Assembly (NCBI GenBank): GCA_951406725.2
Contig: OX597816.1
Location: forward strand, 129,084,001-129,148,000
DNA: 64,000 bases
Direction: 5' to 3'
Source of the DNA: Octopus vulgaris
Taxonomy: Eukaryota
A model generated the notes under the pieces. That model ran no database searches and was not told the origin of the DNA. It worked only from the letters and a program-made list of their open reading frames with translations. Positions 39,836 through 53,688 of the stretch are shown here, piece after piece. The translations under genes and the position numbers were made by a program. Within the stretch, counting starts at the first letter, position 1, and each line of letters begins with the position of its first letter.

Positions 39836-39975
39836 CCACCTGAAGATGGGGGTTGGCTTCGCGGTAATATTTATATACATCCACTACTGGTTGCAATCTT
39901 TGACATTTAGCACACTCCATCTGCCAATATTACAACTATTACATAATTCCAAGTCCCCAGAAACAGCTGTCAGGC
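39836..39975 (+). ncRNA. Hammerhead-like motif with long stem II, weak stem I
   Basis: CTGAAGA (39840), stem II tgggggttgg/ccaagtcccca, GAAA, palindromic ACAGCTGT, GUC triplet; stem I poorly paired. Confidence 0.5.
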
Positions 39976-40393
39976 CTGAAATGCCATACTCTCTCTCCCC
40001 TTAGCTTTCTATATTTTTTGTACTCCAAGTAAAATTTGTTCTGTAAATATATAAGCATCTATATGCTTCTACACAAATGTTCATCTGCAAATTTTCAATT
40101 GTTGTTCCTCCCTATACATATCCCTGTATATATTTAAATATGTATATGTATGCATATTTTAAATACTAAGCCCAAGTGTGTGCATTTACATCAATATCTC
40201 CATATCAGTTCACCTAGATTCCTGTTACAGCTACTTGTTATTCCACAGACTTAGTCCTTGATAAAGATGTTGGTGTGTAAGTTCAAATTATTTGAATACT
40301 ACTACATGGTTTTTATATCGAGCATCTCAGGGTTTCACCTGTTGACTACATGTGTGTGTGTGTGTGTGTATGTGCATGCGCACAAGTGTGTAT

Positions 40394-40428
<35 letters not shown>

Positions 40429-41059
40429 CACACACACATGTATATACAGATGGAAGGAGGTATACACATGTGTAAAAATGTGTGTTTATAATGAACAAAG
40501 ATGCTGAAGAAAATGGTGATAATGAAGACAATTATGAGGACAAGGAGGCAGAAGGGAAGGTAGGAGAGGAAGAGGAGAATGATAAAGATAATGATGATGA
40601 TCACAATGAAATCGTTGAGCAGAAGCAGAAGAAGGAGGGAAGGGAGAACAAAGAGGAAAGAGATGCCAAGGAAGCTGAAGATGTTGGTCAAAAAGATGGT
40701 GAGAATCGACACCTACTACAACAATAACAACAACAATAAAGGACATCCATGACAACTACATTGACATCCGCCATGATAAAAACAAAATCATCAGAAATAG
40801 CAACAACAACAACAGCAGCAGCAGCAGCTTCAACAACAACAACAACAAAGTGTGAGGCTGTCGACGACAACAGCATGTAGATCAAACAAAGACAAATGAC
40901 AGCCTACGAAAGCAATGTCAGTCTGAAATTCAATATTTACATTTTATATGTATTCTGAGAATCTTATGTTACTTACTACTTTTATGGTTGCAGATGGTAA
41001 ATGTTGCACTTAGCTCTTCCACTTTCAAAGTGTCTGGTTTACACAAGGCTTCATCTATC

Positions 41060-41820
41060 TGCTCTGTTCTACGTTCTATACTCTGTTATTCAATGTTCTG
41101 TAGTTTGTATTCTATTTTCTCACTTCCCTGTTCTCTGTTCTATGTACTCTGTTGTGTGATCTGTGTCTTATATTCTTTTACTGTGTTTTATGTTCAACAT
41201 TCTATATTCTACAATCTATGTTCTGTGTTCTACATTTTATACTCTATATTCTATGATCTATGTTCTGTGTTCTATATTCTATATTCTATGATCTGTGTTC
41301 TGTGTTCTATATTTTATATTCTATGATCTGTGTTCTGTGTTCTATATTCTATATTCTACAATCTGTATTCTGTGTTCTATATTTTATATTCTATGATCTG
41401 TGTTCTGTGTTCTATATTCTATATTCTACAATCTGTATTCTGTGTTCTATATTCTATATTCTATGATCTATGTCTTGTGTTCTATGTTCTATGTTCTAAA
41501 TTCAACATTTTATGATCTATGTTCTGTGTTCAATATTCATACTCTACGATCTATATTCTGTATTCTACATTCTAGATTCTGTGTTCAATATTACCTGTTC
41601 TGTTATACTTTCTATATTTTATATTCATATATTCTATATTTTATATTCCATGCTCTACATTCTGTATTTTGTTGTTTTATGTTCTGCGTTCTATATTCTA
41701 TGTTCTCCATTCTATATCCTCCATTACATGTTCTATATTCTATATTATGTTGTTCTCTGTTCTATGTTTATATTCTATGCTCTGTGTTTTGTGTTCTATG
41801 TTCTGTAATTTATATTCTGC
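41060..41820. repeat. Heptamer-based minisatellite (TTCTRTR) with 35/70-bp higher-order period
   Basis: tgtgttctatattct recurs at 41266, 41336, 41406. Confidence 0.9.
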
Positions 41821-42249
41821 TCTTGGTGATAATGATGATAATGATGATGATTACAATGATGACAACAATGATGGAAATGTGGACAATGATGATGATGTGC
41901 CAATGTAAGAAATCGCTATTATTAATCGGTCTTTCAAATTATGATGACAGAAAGGCAGAAATGAAGGATGTGATAGGTGTAGAAGGTGAGGGGTGGGGGT
42001 ATGCTTACTGATTCATTGTGTGTCCCCATGTGTGTGCATGCATGTGTTTGTGTGTGTTTATGTGAGGGATAGAGAGCAAAAGAGAGGTAGGTTGGCAAGC
42101 TGGTGAGATGTAAGAGGAAGAGATGATGGCATGGTTCCAATATACCATATGCTAGCAGAACTGGGTGCTCAATGAATGGATCACTTTGTTTGTATTATAA
42201 CGATTATGTCTTTAACTCAATTAAAAGAAGACCAACATGAATTAAGAGA

Positions 42250-43075
42250 AACAACATCATCAACAACACAAACAACAACAACTATGATAGTAGTAACAAC
42301 AAAAGTAGCAAAAATAACTGAAAATGCAAGAGTTACACCAGCAACAAAGCAATAAAAGCCACAATATAACAATGATGACAACATCAGTAACAACAATAAC
42401 AGAAACAGCTGTACAGTAGCAACAACAACAGCTATAATAGCAATATCAACAGAACAGTAACAGCAACAGTTGTAACAGTAACAAAAACAACTGGAACAAC
42501 AACTTTAAAAGCAGTAGCAACAACAACAGCAAACAGCAGCAGCAGCAACAACAGCAACAACAACAACAATAGCTAGCAGCAACAACAATAACGGCAATAG
42601 CAATCAATAGCTACAATAACCACAGCAATAGCAACAGCAACAAGAATAGGAGCAACTACAACAATAGCCAGTAACAACAGGATCAACAACAACAATAGAA
42701 ATGTGATTGATAATAATACAGTTTTACTCAGTAATTACCAACTGAGGCCACATCTACTGTCTTCTGAAAAATCTAAGTCATCCTGCCAGCTGGTTATAGA
42801 TTACGCTGATCTTCAATAATCACTGCCACTACCAGCACCACCACCACCATCACCACCACCACCACCACCACCACCACCACACCACCACCACCAGTACCAT
42901 CACCACCACCAGCATCATTCACCACCACCACCATTCACCACCACCCACCACTGCCACCACCACCATTCAGCCCCCACACCATCAACCACCACCACTCACA
43001 CACACCCCACCCCCACTACCATCAGCAACACCACCATCATCACCCCACCGTCACCACAGCTACCATCCTCATTAT
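42250..43075. repeat. Degenerate (CAA/CAG)n then (CAC)n triplet tracts
   Basis: Directly visible. Confidence 0.9.
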
Positions 43076-43639
43076 CACTGTTGGGTTTAGGGTTCAATGG
43101 TTATGTTTGATCTAGAGATGTGAATTCAAATGTTTACAAGGGCCAAATTGTACAATATCATTCCTCCACCAACTTAGCTAGAGGGTTTTCATACCAAACA
43201 CAGCCAAAAGCTTTGCCGGTGTCAAATACAACAACATTGCCTTTAGTAAAAGTAACCAATAGTGAAAGACTATTGATGTGTGTATGTGAGACAAAAAAAG
43301 AGCAGGTTTCTGTAAGATCTGTCTTTACTATACTGGTGATCACAAGAGAGAATGTGTGGAAGAGAGAAAGAAGGGGGAGAGAGGGAGAGGGAGAGAGAGA
43401 GAGAGAGAGAAACTTCAGGTGATTAAAGTGTTGAGTATTTATTACCATCAAGTTCAAAATGTTGCTGTTGCTGCTGCTGTTATTTGGTCTCAGATAATTT
43501 CTGAGAGAGCAAATCTGTGGTCAAATGTGTTCTATTAAAATGAGATCAATTTACCAGTTGTAGTATCAAAGAATTCTAGTGAAATAAGGTGTTTATATAG
43601 ATATGTGAATGTATATCTATATATGACAATACTCAACAA

Positions 43640-43925
43640 TCAATCCTTTATGACAAGACTCGACAATCACAATCCTATTTTAACATCCAGAAGAGATATA
43701 ATGTCACAACATTGGTGAGACATGGCTATTGTAAGAAAATGCTGTGCAATATAACATCAACTGAACCATTACTGGAAAAGTGCAAACCTTACTGGAACAT
43801 CAGGAGGAGATTAAATATATTATTATTGAAGACATTAATCCATCTAGCTGCCTATCTAAACTCTAAAAGTGAGATCTTTTCCACTTGTCTTCATGAACAA
43901 AAATATATTTCAGCCAACTGGTCAG
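43640..43925 (+). mobile_element. Penelope-like element GIY-YIG endonuclease C-terminal relic
   Basis: F.TRLDNH...LLEKCKPYWNIRRRLN...LNSKSEIFSTCLHEQKY resembles the PLE KPY..CxLC..LNxRxE...CRH terminus. Confidence 0.65.
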
Positions 43926-44652
43926 TTTCATTTTAGCAGCAAGGCTTATTCTTGCTACATTAGATATCTTTTCACTATAAAAAGCAATGCATTTCTCCCA
44001 CACCCAGTGCTTACACACATTCATGCATATACATGGTGCATACACATATACTCGGAGTAATTTTCTTGACACCAGCTTGTTTGGCTTATTTGCCTTCCAC
44101 TTTACAGAGTTTACTGAGTTTATTTTCAAGGCACCAGCACTAGGGAGGTTGCCAAAACATCAGTGAGACAGGACTTAGAGATCTCTAAACTTTAATTTAC
44201 CTCTGCTTATTCACCAATCACTATAGAGTGAGCACAAGGAAAGGAACTTGGAAGGGAGTTTTCTGTTATGGTATTACACTGTAAGATCACAGCATAAGTG
44301 TAGAAAGTATTCAGTAATCTAAAGCTTGTACTTTCACTTGGGTGATGTGATTAAGGACAGGAACAGCAGAAGGCTAGAATAGATGGAGGAAGAAGATTGA
44401 GTTATTGAAGTGTAGACAGGAGAGAAGTGATGGGCAATCACAACAGAAGACAAGAGTAAGAGTTGATGATGAGCAATAAGAGAATTGGTCCAGAGGAGAG
44501 AAAGAGTGCAATGAGGTTGGTGGTAGGAAAGGATCATTCACCATCTTCAAACATTGCAGGTGGTGAGAAGATGAGAAAAGGGGGTGATATGAGCTACAAA
44601 GTAACTCCACTAGGCACACATATTCTCACTACACACACACACATCTATCTTA

Positions 44653-44714
<62 letters not shown>

Positions 44715-44732
44715 CATATACATATATACATA

Positions 44733-44806
<74 letters not shown>

Positions 44807-46309
44807 CACACACACACACACATGTATATATATAAACTTGCCTTCCTCATTTACTTCATAGCAATAATAATCAAAATTCAATTGTTGTAACATCATATTT
44901 AATATATTTCTTATTCATTTTGTAGTTAATACAAGTCATAAAATTCCAATCACATATATGAATTTCGGTTTAAGCTAAGCTGCTTGTATATGATGTCAAA
45001 TTTATGACTTTGGGAATCAAGATGGATACAGTTTTGTTTTTTTTTTCTTTTGCATCAAATATAATGAATGACCACACTCATCATTTTTTTTTACCTTGAA
45101 ATCATAGGGAAAACTGTGGGTAGAGAGAGGGTGAGGAAGGGGAAGAGGAAGGAGAAAGGGGAGGGGAGGAAGAGGGGGAGAGGGAAGAAGAGGGAGAGAG
45201 ATTGATGGACCAACAGACGGACGGACAGACAAACGGACAAGCAGGCAGGCAGAGAAGGAGGGAAAAAGAGAATGCAGGTGCATTTCCCTTGTGTTTTGTG
45301 TTTGGTTTTGTTGCAACAGGCTTTGGTGACAGATTTTTCTTGAATTTACGAGTTGAAATGTTTAGGGAAAAATTCTGTCTTCATACTTTTATCTTTCCTC
45401 TCAGTTCTTGGTTGTAACAATAATCCTGTGTGTGTGAATGTGTGAGTGTGTGTGTGTTCCAGAGAGGGAAATATGCACTGGCAGTATTCCTTTGGCTATT
45501 GGCTTCATAAGAGATAAACAAGAAATAGATGAAATATGATAAATATGATTCTACAGTTGGATTTTGATTATATTGCTATGAAGTAATTGAACAAGGAATA
45601 GACTTTCTCCCACTTCCTAATGTAAAATAGATGGACCAATGAAAATCACTCTTGAAAGTGAAAGAAGGAATCCAAGAATCTCAGTCATTGTTTAACATAT
45701 TCATAGTGAGTTTGCTAGAGGGTGATGGTGCTCACCATCTCTATGCAATCTATAACCGGTGGAATACAATGCAGGCAATAGCCTGAGGAATGCAATGCAC
45801 CAAATGTATTTCTTCCTCTCTTTCACAGATGCACACACATGATATTATGGCTACAACACAGCACTAGGAGAAAAAGGCTTGAATGTAAACATTTGAATTT
45901 ATAAATTCAAAGAAACTGCCACCAAAGCCTAAGGCAGGAAAAACAATTGATTATATCCTGCATTCTGTATGTCTCTCCCTCTTTCTATTTATTTGCTTGT
46001 CTTTTTGATTTACAAAAGTGGGAAAATTCTACAAGTATTGGAATATATTCATTAACTTGCTGATTTGAAAAACTGTATACATCTTAAGTAGAAACGATAT
46101 AGAGGCAAGAGGACCCTCAAGTTTTATGGAATACATGACAACCTTTCTAGAGTTGCTGCCATGATAAACTGGACACTTCATAAAGTGCATGTTAGGATAA
46201 GTGTTCAGGCAAGGAAACCAAACCAACATTGAAATGTATGAACAAAGTATATTCCTCTGACTCATCCAAGAGGGTTGTAAGTCTGAATAACAATTACAAA
46301 TAAGAAGTG

Positions 46310-47073
46310 CCATTATGAAAGGCTGCTAAATCTATAGAATGCATGGGAGAAGGAGAACCTGCCTAATGTGGACCCAACAGAGGAGCTGGCTATTCAAATC
46401 AACAGTAGCTTAGTAGTTAAAGCAATTAAGGATATGAAGACAGGAATCACCACAGAGATGCTTAAAATCTCTGGAAGAGTGAGATATGACCTGGTCACCC
46501 AAGTAGTTGATCATGCTGTCCACAAGCGAGGCATACCTAATGATTGGTGTAGCAGCATTATATTCAACTGCTACAAAGGCAAAGGTAATGCCCTAGATAG
46601 AAATAATTACAGAGGTATCAAATTGCTGGACCAGGTGATAAAAGTTGCAGAAAGGGTCATACCTCAATTAATTAGGAAGAAAGTTAGCATAAATGAGATG
46701 CAGTTTGGATCTGTGCCAGGGAGAAGTACCACTGATGCTATCTTCCTGGTGAGGGAACTGCAAGAGAAATATTTAGTGTTGGGACTCACAGAGAGGACGA
46801 CAGGGTACCAAGACTCCTGGCAGTGTGCTGTGCTTGAAAAGATACATCAAGCTAAGTAAAAGCATGGTTGCCCTTGCATATAGACTCAGCCCCTGCAGCC
46901 CTCTCCAGCTGAGCATCCCTAATCTTGTGGACTCATTGATGCTGGTGCTGCATAAAGCATCCATGCCAGTGCAACATAGAAGCCTGAACAGTCCTTCTGC
47001 TAGTCAGCTCCTGTCAAACCGTCCAACCCATGCCAGCATGAAAAACAGACTTTTAATGATGATGATGATGATG
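46310..47073 (+). mobile_element. RTE LINE with large internal deletion
   Basis: IPNDWCSS...YKGKG.ALDRNNYRGIKLL...QFG.VPGRSTTDAIF..RELQEKYL joined directly to the C-terminus, short UTR, (GAT)n. Confidence 0.9.
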
Positions 47074-47124
47074 ATAAATTTTCATCACACTAGCAGAAAG
47101 TTATGCATGGGTATGTACCCTATA

Positions 47125-47790
47125 TGTTAGAGAATGCAAGTAACTATAACAGGAATAGTAGCCTTACTTGCACCTGCAATAAGTACATCAAATCTCATAT
47201 AGAATGCTATACCTTTGTAATTCAAGAATTGGTGAGATAGAGATGCTTCTAAACTTCCAGGATGTGATAGAAAACATTGATTGTGCCATACCAATATGGA
47301 AACTATCACTCATATCATCAGCCACTGCCCCAAAATATCCACAAGATATTACATTCAGATGAGAGATGACATTGTTGCTAAGATGGTCTAAACTGCTGTA
47401 TGCAGGAAGGATTGCCCAGACAGTCATACCAAAGCACACCACAACCAGAGAGTATCCACACCTTTAGAAATAAAGAATATTGGTGGAAAATTTTAATAAA
47501 AAACAGTAACCCCCATGTAAGCACAACAGGTCAGAAATAATCGTATGTGACATGGAACAAAAGTTGTGCACCATAGTTGAGAATAGCTGTTCAGCAGATG
47601 TGAATGTCTCATCAAAAATTGGAGAAAAGGAGAATATTTATGAAGAACTAATGAAAAGCCTACAGCTCTTACATCCAGGTAGTAGATTTTCATATTTTCA
47701 GTCTCCCTTGTCAGTTTGCTGGGCACCCTGTCTGGTTTTTGAGCCTGAAGAAGAGACAACCACTCAAAAATTCTTACGTCTCATAGTCTT
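47125..47790 (+). mobile_element. Ancient RLE-type (R4/NeSL-like) LINE fragment
   Basis: LCHTNMETITHIISHCP...YYIQMRDDIVAK (CCHC knuckle, RHD) and EIIVCD..QKLCTIVENSCSAD.N...K..EK.NIYEEL (PD-D/ExK region). Confidence 0.75.
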
Positions 47791-47883
47791 GCAACTTGGG
47801 CAAGGATCTTCAATTATAGCCCCAGGCCAACAAATGCTTTGTGATTGAATTTGGTAAATGGAAATTGTGGAAGTCTGCCATGT

Positions 47884-47936
<53 letters not shown>

Positions 47937-48140
47937 TGTGTGTGCACATGCCTTTGTGCTTGTGTTTATCTCTCCATTTCTCAATAGTTGGTGTTGGTTT
48001 GTTTACATCCCTATAACTAAATAGCTCGGCAAAAATAAGCATCAGACAAAAAAACAATAAGCATTAGAGTTGACTTTTTGGGACTAAAACCCATCAAAGC
48101 AGATTCCCAACATGTCACAGTCAAATGACTGAAACAAAGA
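47790..48140 (+). mobile_element. Old CORE-type SINE lacking head
   Basis: Family match. Confidence 0.7.
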
Positions 48141-48199
48141 AACAAAAATAGGATGCATATGTTTGTATGTGTTGTGTGTCTGGGTTTTTATATATACAT

Positions 48200-48450
48200 A
48201 TAAACTTATAATTAAAGGTGTCTAAGAGATACCACCATGCCTCAAATAGCAGTCAAAACCTGACTCTAAAACCACATTGTGTATTCATACAGCTCTTGGT
48301 GAAAAGATATATAGACAAATAAACTAAGTAATTTTATACAAGTCTATTTGTCTATTTATTTTTTCACCTTGTTCTGTATGAATACACGATGTAGTTTTAG
48401 AGTCAGGTTTTGACTGTTATTTCAAGTAGATACCCTTAATTATAATTTTA
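48200..48450. repeat. ~250-bp fold-back element
   Basis: 48241-48325 pairs with 48341-48425; outer arms 48200-48224/48427-48450 also pair. Confidence 0.85.
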
Positions 48451-49263
48451 ATAATTATTATTACTTATAAGGTTTTTCTTCCCATGCTGGCCACTTGATA
48501 TGATTGTTATTCTAAATAACATTCTTATCCTTATATATATATATATATATATATATGCACATATACATATGTATATCACTGTGAATTGGTACATCAATTT
48601 AAATCCGTTTATATAAACAAAATATAGTAAAAGTTAGCCTAGATTGATAAACAGATATTGATACAATGAGTTACTAAACTGATAGGAGTAATAGAGTTGA
48701 TATGATTGACTAAAAAACTATTGAAATTATATGTGGTGTCCCAGCATTGCTGTAAGTCCAATTGGCTGAAACCAGTAACAGGATAAAAGAATAAACATGA
48801 TATACATATATACGTGTGTGTGTGTGTGAGTGAAATAAAAAAAATAATATAAAAACCTGTAAAGCATTACTTTCTGACCAAACCTCCATTGTATCTATTA
48901 TCAAAATATCAATTCTAGTTTGTTTATTCAAGGATACTTATACCAAAGAGTATCACTTAAGAGTGTATGTTTGTTACAAACCTGTTCAATATGTCCTTCA
49001 ATGAACATTGTGGAGAGATGGAGAATATCAATAGTGTCCAGTCATGAGAAGCTATTAAGCACTTCGCCGTCTTTTCTAACACCAGTATCATCATTCAGTC
49101 GTCCACCAACAATGAGGCTAATGAAAATAATTATTTATTTATCTCTTCTTGTGTTACATTACGTATAGATTAGTTGGTTATCTTTTCAGTTGTGCTTACT
49201 GTTGTGTACCACATACAGCGGGGGAAAAAAAACACTTCATACACATTTCATGCACACACCATA

Positions 49264-49298
<35 letters not shown>

Positions 49299-49623
49299 TC
49301 AAAAACACATTTATGCATACATATGAATATATATGTATATAAGTAGAGATGTGTTTATATTTGCATGTATGTATATTTACATGTGGGTGTGTGTTTGTGT
49401 GTGTATGTGTGTGCATGCACATCTATACATATGTAAGTTTATATAGGAATGTATCTGAGTATATCTATATCTATCTATCTATCTATCTATCTAGTATATA
49501 TATATATATACACTATATAAATAGATAGGTATAGACATAGATATGCATGTATATATATATCCATATATACATGTATATGTATACATAAATATATATATGT
49601 ATATGCATGTATATATATATATA

Positions 49624-49992
49624 TGGAGAGGCAATGGCCCAGTGGTTAGGCCAGCGGACTCGCGGTCATAGGATTGTGTTTCAACTCCCGGACCGGACAT
49701 TTTGAGTGTTTATTGAGCAAAAACACCTAAAGCTCCATGAGGCTCCAGCAGTGGGTGGTAGCAAACTCTGCTGTACTATTTCACCACAACTTTTTCTCAC
49801 TCTTTCTTCCTGTTTCTCTTGTACCTGTATTTCAAAGGGCCAGGCTTGTCACACTGAATCTCCCCAAGAACTACATTAAAGGTACACATATCTGGTGAGT
49901 GCTCAGCCACTTGCACATTAATTTCATGAGCAGACTGTTCTGTTGATCGGATCAACTGGAACCCTCATCTTCGTAAGTGACAGAGCACCACA
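49624..49992 (+). mobile_element. Full-length tRNA-derived SINE (second family)
   Basis: A-box tggcccagtgg, tRNA-like gcggactcgcggtc arm, B-box-like tttcaactccc; 3' half shared with 3671-3855. Confidence 0.8.
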
Positions 49993-50849
49993 ATTTATAT
50001 ATACATAATACACACACACAAACATATATACATACACACATATAATATATATATATATGAAAACGCACTCAATACTTGTGTGCATGTGTGTGTGCATGCA
50101 TGACAGATTCACTGCAATGCAAAAGTTGTCACCCTCTAACATCATAATGAAGTTTACGAGATTAAAATTTTATAATTCTGGTCTGAAAGTTGCTTGATAT
50201 ATTAAGCTTGCTGACATTTCAACACATCCTTAAGTATTTTTCAAATAAAGCACAGGTTTGGAAAAAAAAAAAAAAAATGAACTTCAGTAACCTTCAAAAT
50301 AAAAATTTGTTTACAGCTATAATTACAATTATTAAGTAATGAGGACAGCAGTACCACATATTAATTAGTATATTGAAATTAGCATTTACAAATTAAGGCT
50401 GAAAGTTCAGTAATGAAGTTGTATTTAAAAAACAAAGTTGAACAATTCATGTCGCCTGCTTTCTTTTTTCGTTTTTACTTGACAGAAATGAAACAGAAAT
50501 AAATAAGTTGTAAGAGAATCAAAGGAAATGTCTTATGGTGTTTAGTTATGGCACAGCCATAGGTGCAGGTGTGGTTGTATTGTAAGAAGCTTGCTTTCTA
50601 ATCACATGGTTCCTAGTTCAATCTCACTGCATAGCATTCTAGGCAAGTGTCTTCTATTATAGCCCCAGGATCACTGAAGTCTCATGAGTGGATTGGTAAA
50701 TAGAAACTGAAAGAAGCCAATTTGTCATCATCATCATTTAGTGTCTGCTATCCATGCTGGCATGGGTTGGACAGTTTGGCTGAAACTGGTAAACAGGGGA
50801 GCTGCGCCGATTCCAATCTAATTTGGCATGGTTTCTACAGCTTTGTTTT

Positions 50850-51577
50850 TTGATTTTGTTGACTACACAGTATACTAGGGTTAGTTGGGTACCATCTGTG
50901 AGAAAAACAGCACCATGATGCAATTCACTCTGCCAGAAAGTTGGAAATGATATGCTGTGCTGCTTGGCATTTGCACCGGAAGCTCCAATATGAACATTTC
51001 AGAGTGTTTGGGTACCAATTTGAGGACATGTATCAAGAATGATGAAAATCAAACATCCAGTCAACATTATGGTGTTTGGAGTAATCACTAGTAATGCAAT
51101 GTTATGCCTCCATTCATCTTTCCACATGGCCTCAGACTCAACACGGAGGTGATAGTGCTGCCCTAGGTGAAGAGGGTGGCTACTGGTCTCTGCACCATGC
51201 CACACATGCATGAGAACCCAGTGATGGCTCTCAAACAATTTCTGTGACCATATCATCCATAACATCTGGCCATCTAACTCCCTTGATTATTATGCAATCC
51301 CCTTCATTATTATGCATGGGGTGCAGTTGAGCAAGAGACCAACAAAAATCCTTGAAACATCAAAGATGAACTGAAGGTAAGGATTATGGCAGCATTCACC
51401 AACTTAAACAAGGAGACCATCCAGAAGAGTTGCAGAAGATTCCAAAGTCGTCTGGAGGACATGGTTGAAGCTAATGACAATTTTATTGGATAAATTTATT
51501 TTTTAGTATTTCAAGATTTTTTTATGTAATTTTGGTAAATATATCTATTAAAATGAGATATCAGTGTTATTTTAATT
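50850..51577 (+). mobile_element. Tc1/mariner (maT-like) internally deleted transposon
   Basis: KHPVNIMVFGVITS...PPFIFPHGLRLN...SAPCHT...NIWPSNS...NP.HYYAWGAVE...ELK.RI...CRRFQSRLE.MVEAN; 3' end caccactccctg. Confidence 0.85.
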
Positions 51578-51659
51578 TTTCCATAATTTAGATGATAGTT
51601 TACTCACCACTCCCTGTGTGAATACACACACACACTTACATGATTTTTTAAATTTATTT

Positions 51660-51861
51660 TTTATTTGTTTTATTTATTAGACTGCAGCTATGCTGGAGTA
51701 CTGTGAAAAATAGTCAAATGGATTGACTTATTTTTCTTTTATGCTTGGTACTAGTTCTATAGGTACTTTTTTGCCAAACCGCTATGATTACAAGAATGTA
51801 AACACACCAGCACAAGTCAGTATGGGGGACAAACACAGACACTAATGCACACAGATATATA

Positions 51862-51929
<68 letters not shown>

Positions 51930-52088
51930 CATGGGTTTCTTTCAGTTTCCACCTACCAAATCCACTCTCAAGTTTTTGGTCAGTCTTAGGATCATAGTAG
52001 TCACTTGCCCAGTTTCACACAGTAGGACTAAACCTGGAACTATGTGGTTGGGAAGCAAGCTTCTAATCACACAGCTACACCTGTGCCC
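51660..52088 (-). mobile_element. CORE-type tRNA-SINE
   Basis: Family match. Confidence 0.8.
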
Positions 52089-52144
52089 ATATATACATAT
52101 ATATATATATACATATATATATATGTATATACATATATATATAT

Positions 52145-52179
<35 letters not shown>

Positions 52180-52180
<1 letters not shown>

Positions 52181-53367
52181 TAGCAGTATCGCCCGGTGTT
52201 GCTAGGGTTTGTAAGGGAAATAACTATATAAGCATTTTTAGTGATGATGATGATGGCGGCAGCAGTTGTGATGATGATGTCCTGAGTTCAGCTACTGCTG
52301 AGGTCGACTCTGCTTTTCATATGTCTGGAATTAATACAAAAAAAAAAACAGTCATGTACTGGTGACAATGGCATGAACTAGCCTCTCCTCCACCAAAATT
52401 ACTGGCCGTGTACCTAAATTTGAAACAATTATTAAGGGTAGTGTATTGAGAGAATCATTAAGGTATCAGAAAAAGTCCCTTACAGTATTCAGTTGCATCA
52501 GTTTACAATCTGAGTTCAAAAAAATAGCAAAAAAATAGCAAAAAATGCATTAAAAATGGAATAAAAAATGATGGTAATTTTTTTTTAAATCGTTGACTCA
52601 TCGTAGACATTTTTAGAGAGTTACTTCCTTTATATAATAGCGAAAAATGCATTAAAATGGAATAAAAAATTATGGTAATTTTTTTTTTAAATCGTAGACT
52701 CATCGTAGACGCGCGCTAATACCGAGAAGGGCTCGATATGAATCACGACAATAAGATACCTGGTTTTGGTTAAACTGCACCGCAAAATGTGGGAGTAGTT
52801 AGGAATCTAAATCGTAGGAGACAGACACACAACCTTACTTTTATAAATAAAGATTTGTGCAACAACTAAAACATTCGGTTGTGCAAATTGTTTGCACAGG
52901 AAACCTGCCCTGTGTGGCGGTAATTGCCGTTTTTGTGGATCTGTTTCAGCTTTTTTAGCGATTTCTGTTTTGGCGACTTCAAGCCATGAAGTCGTTATTC
53001 TAAAAGAATGCTGGACTCCTTGACAATGCATTACGACGTTGATTTCCTTACACTCCCTTCCCCACAGCTTCACGAGGGAAGGAAGAAGGGGGAGAAGCAA
53101 ACAGGTGCAGGTGTGAGCGTGGACGCCAACTCCGCCGCCATCGACACACGAAAAATATTCATTAAAATGGAATAAAAATTGATGTTAAATTATTTTTAAA
53201 ATCGTAGACTCATTGTAGACGCACGCTAATACCCAGACGGGCTCGATATGAATCACGACTATAAGATACCCGAATTTGGTTAAACTGCACCGCAAAATGT
53301 GGGAGTAGTTAGGAATCTAAATCGAAGGGGACAGACACTCACACAACTACAGTTTTATATATATAGA
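52180..53367 (-). mobile_element. Composite non-autonomous Helitron with two 5' ends and an acquired 279-bp segment
   Basis: Minus strand: TC starts at 53367 and 52853, hairpin ccctagcaacaccggg, CTAG end at 52180, in (TA)n; 52650-52850 resembles 53160-53367. Confidence 0.85.
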
Positions 53368-53688
53368 TATATATATACGTGTGTGTGTTTGTTGTGCGTA
53401 TGTGTGTGTGTGTGTGTATGTGAGAGTGTTTGTGTCTGATTCTCCTTGTCTTGACACCACATGCTAGTTGTAAGTGATTGTCACTGTCATACATTTCCAA
53501 TGTTCTGTGAGAACAAGCCTGACCATGGGGAAATATTACCTTGCTTGAAAATAGATGAGGGTTAGCAGTAGAAAGAACATTCAGCTATAAAAAATCTCCC
53601 TCAAACATATTCAGTCCAACCCAAGCAATCATAGAAAAATTGGATGTTAAATGATGATGATGATGGCGGCAGCAGTTGTGATGATGAT

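Noticed and set aside
40251-40348. Three-way junction resembling a hammerhead (tagtc/gacta, agatg/catct)
   Set aside because: Core reads CTTGATAA and the GAAA is missing
40482-40727. Acidic 81-aa ORF
   Set aside because: Looks like decayed (GAN)n triplet sequence; no splice context or homology
49624-49700. tRNA gene
   Set aside because: tRNA-like SINE head without acceptor stem or terminator; same for the other SINE heads
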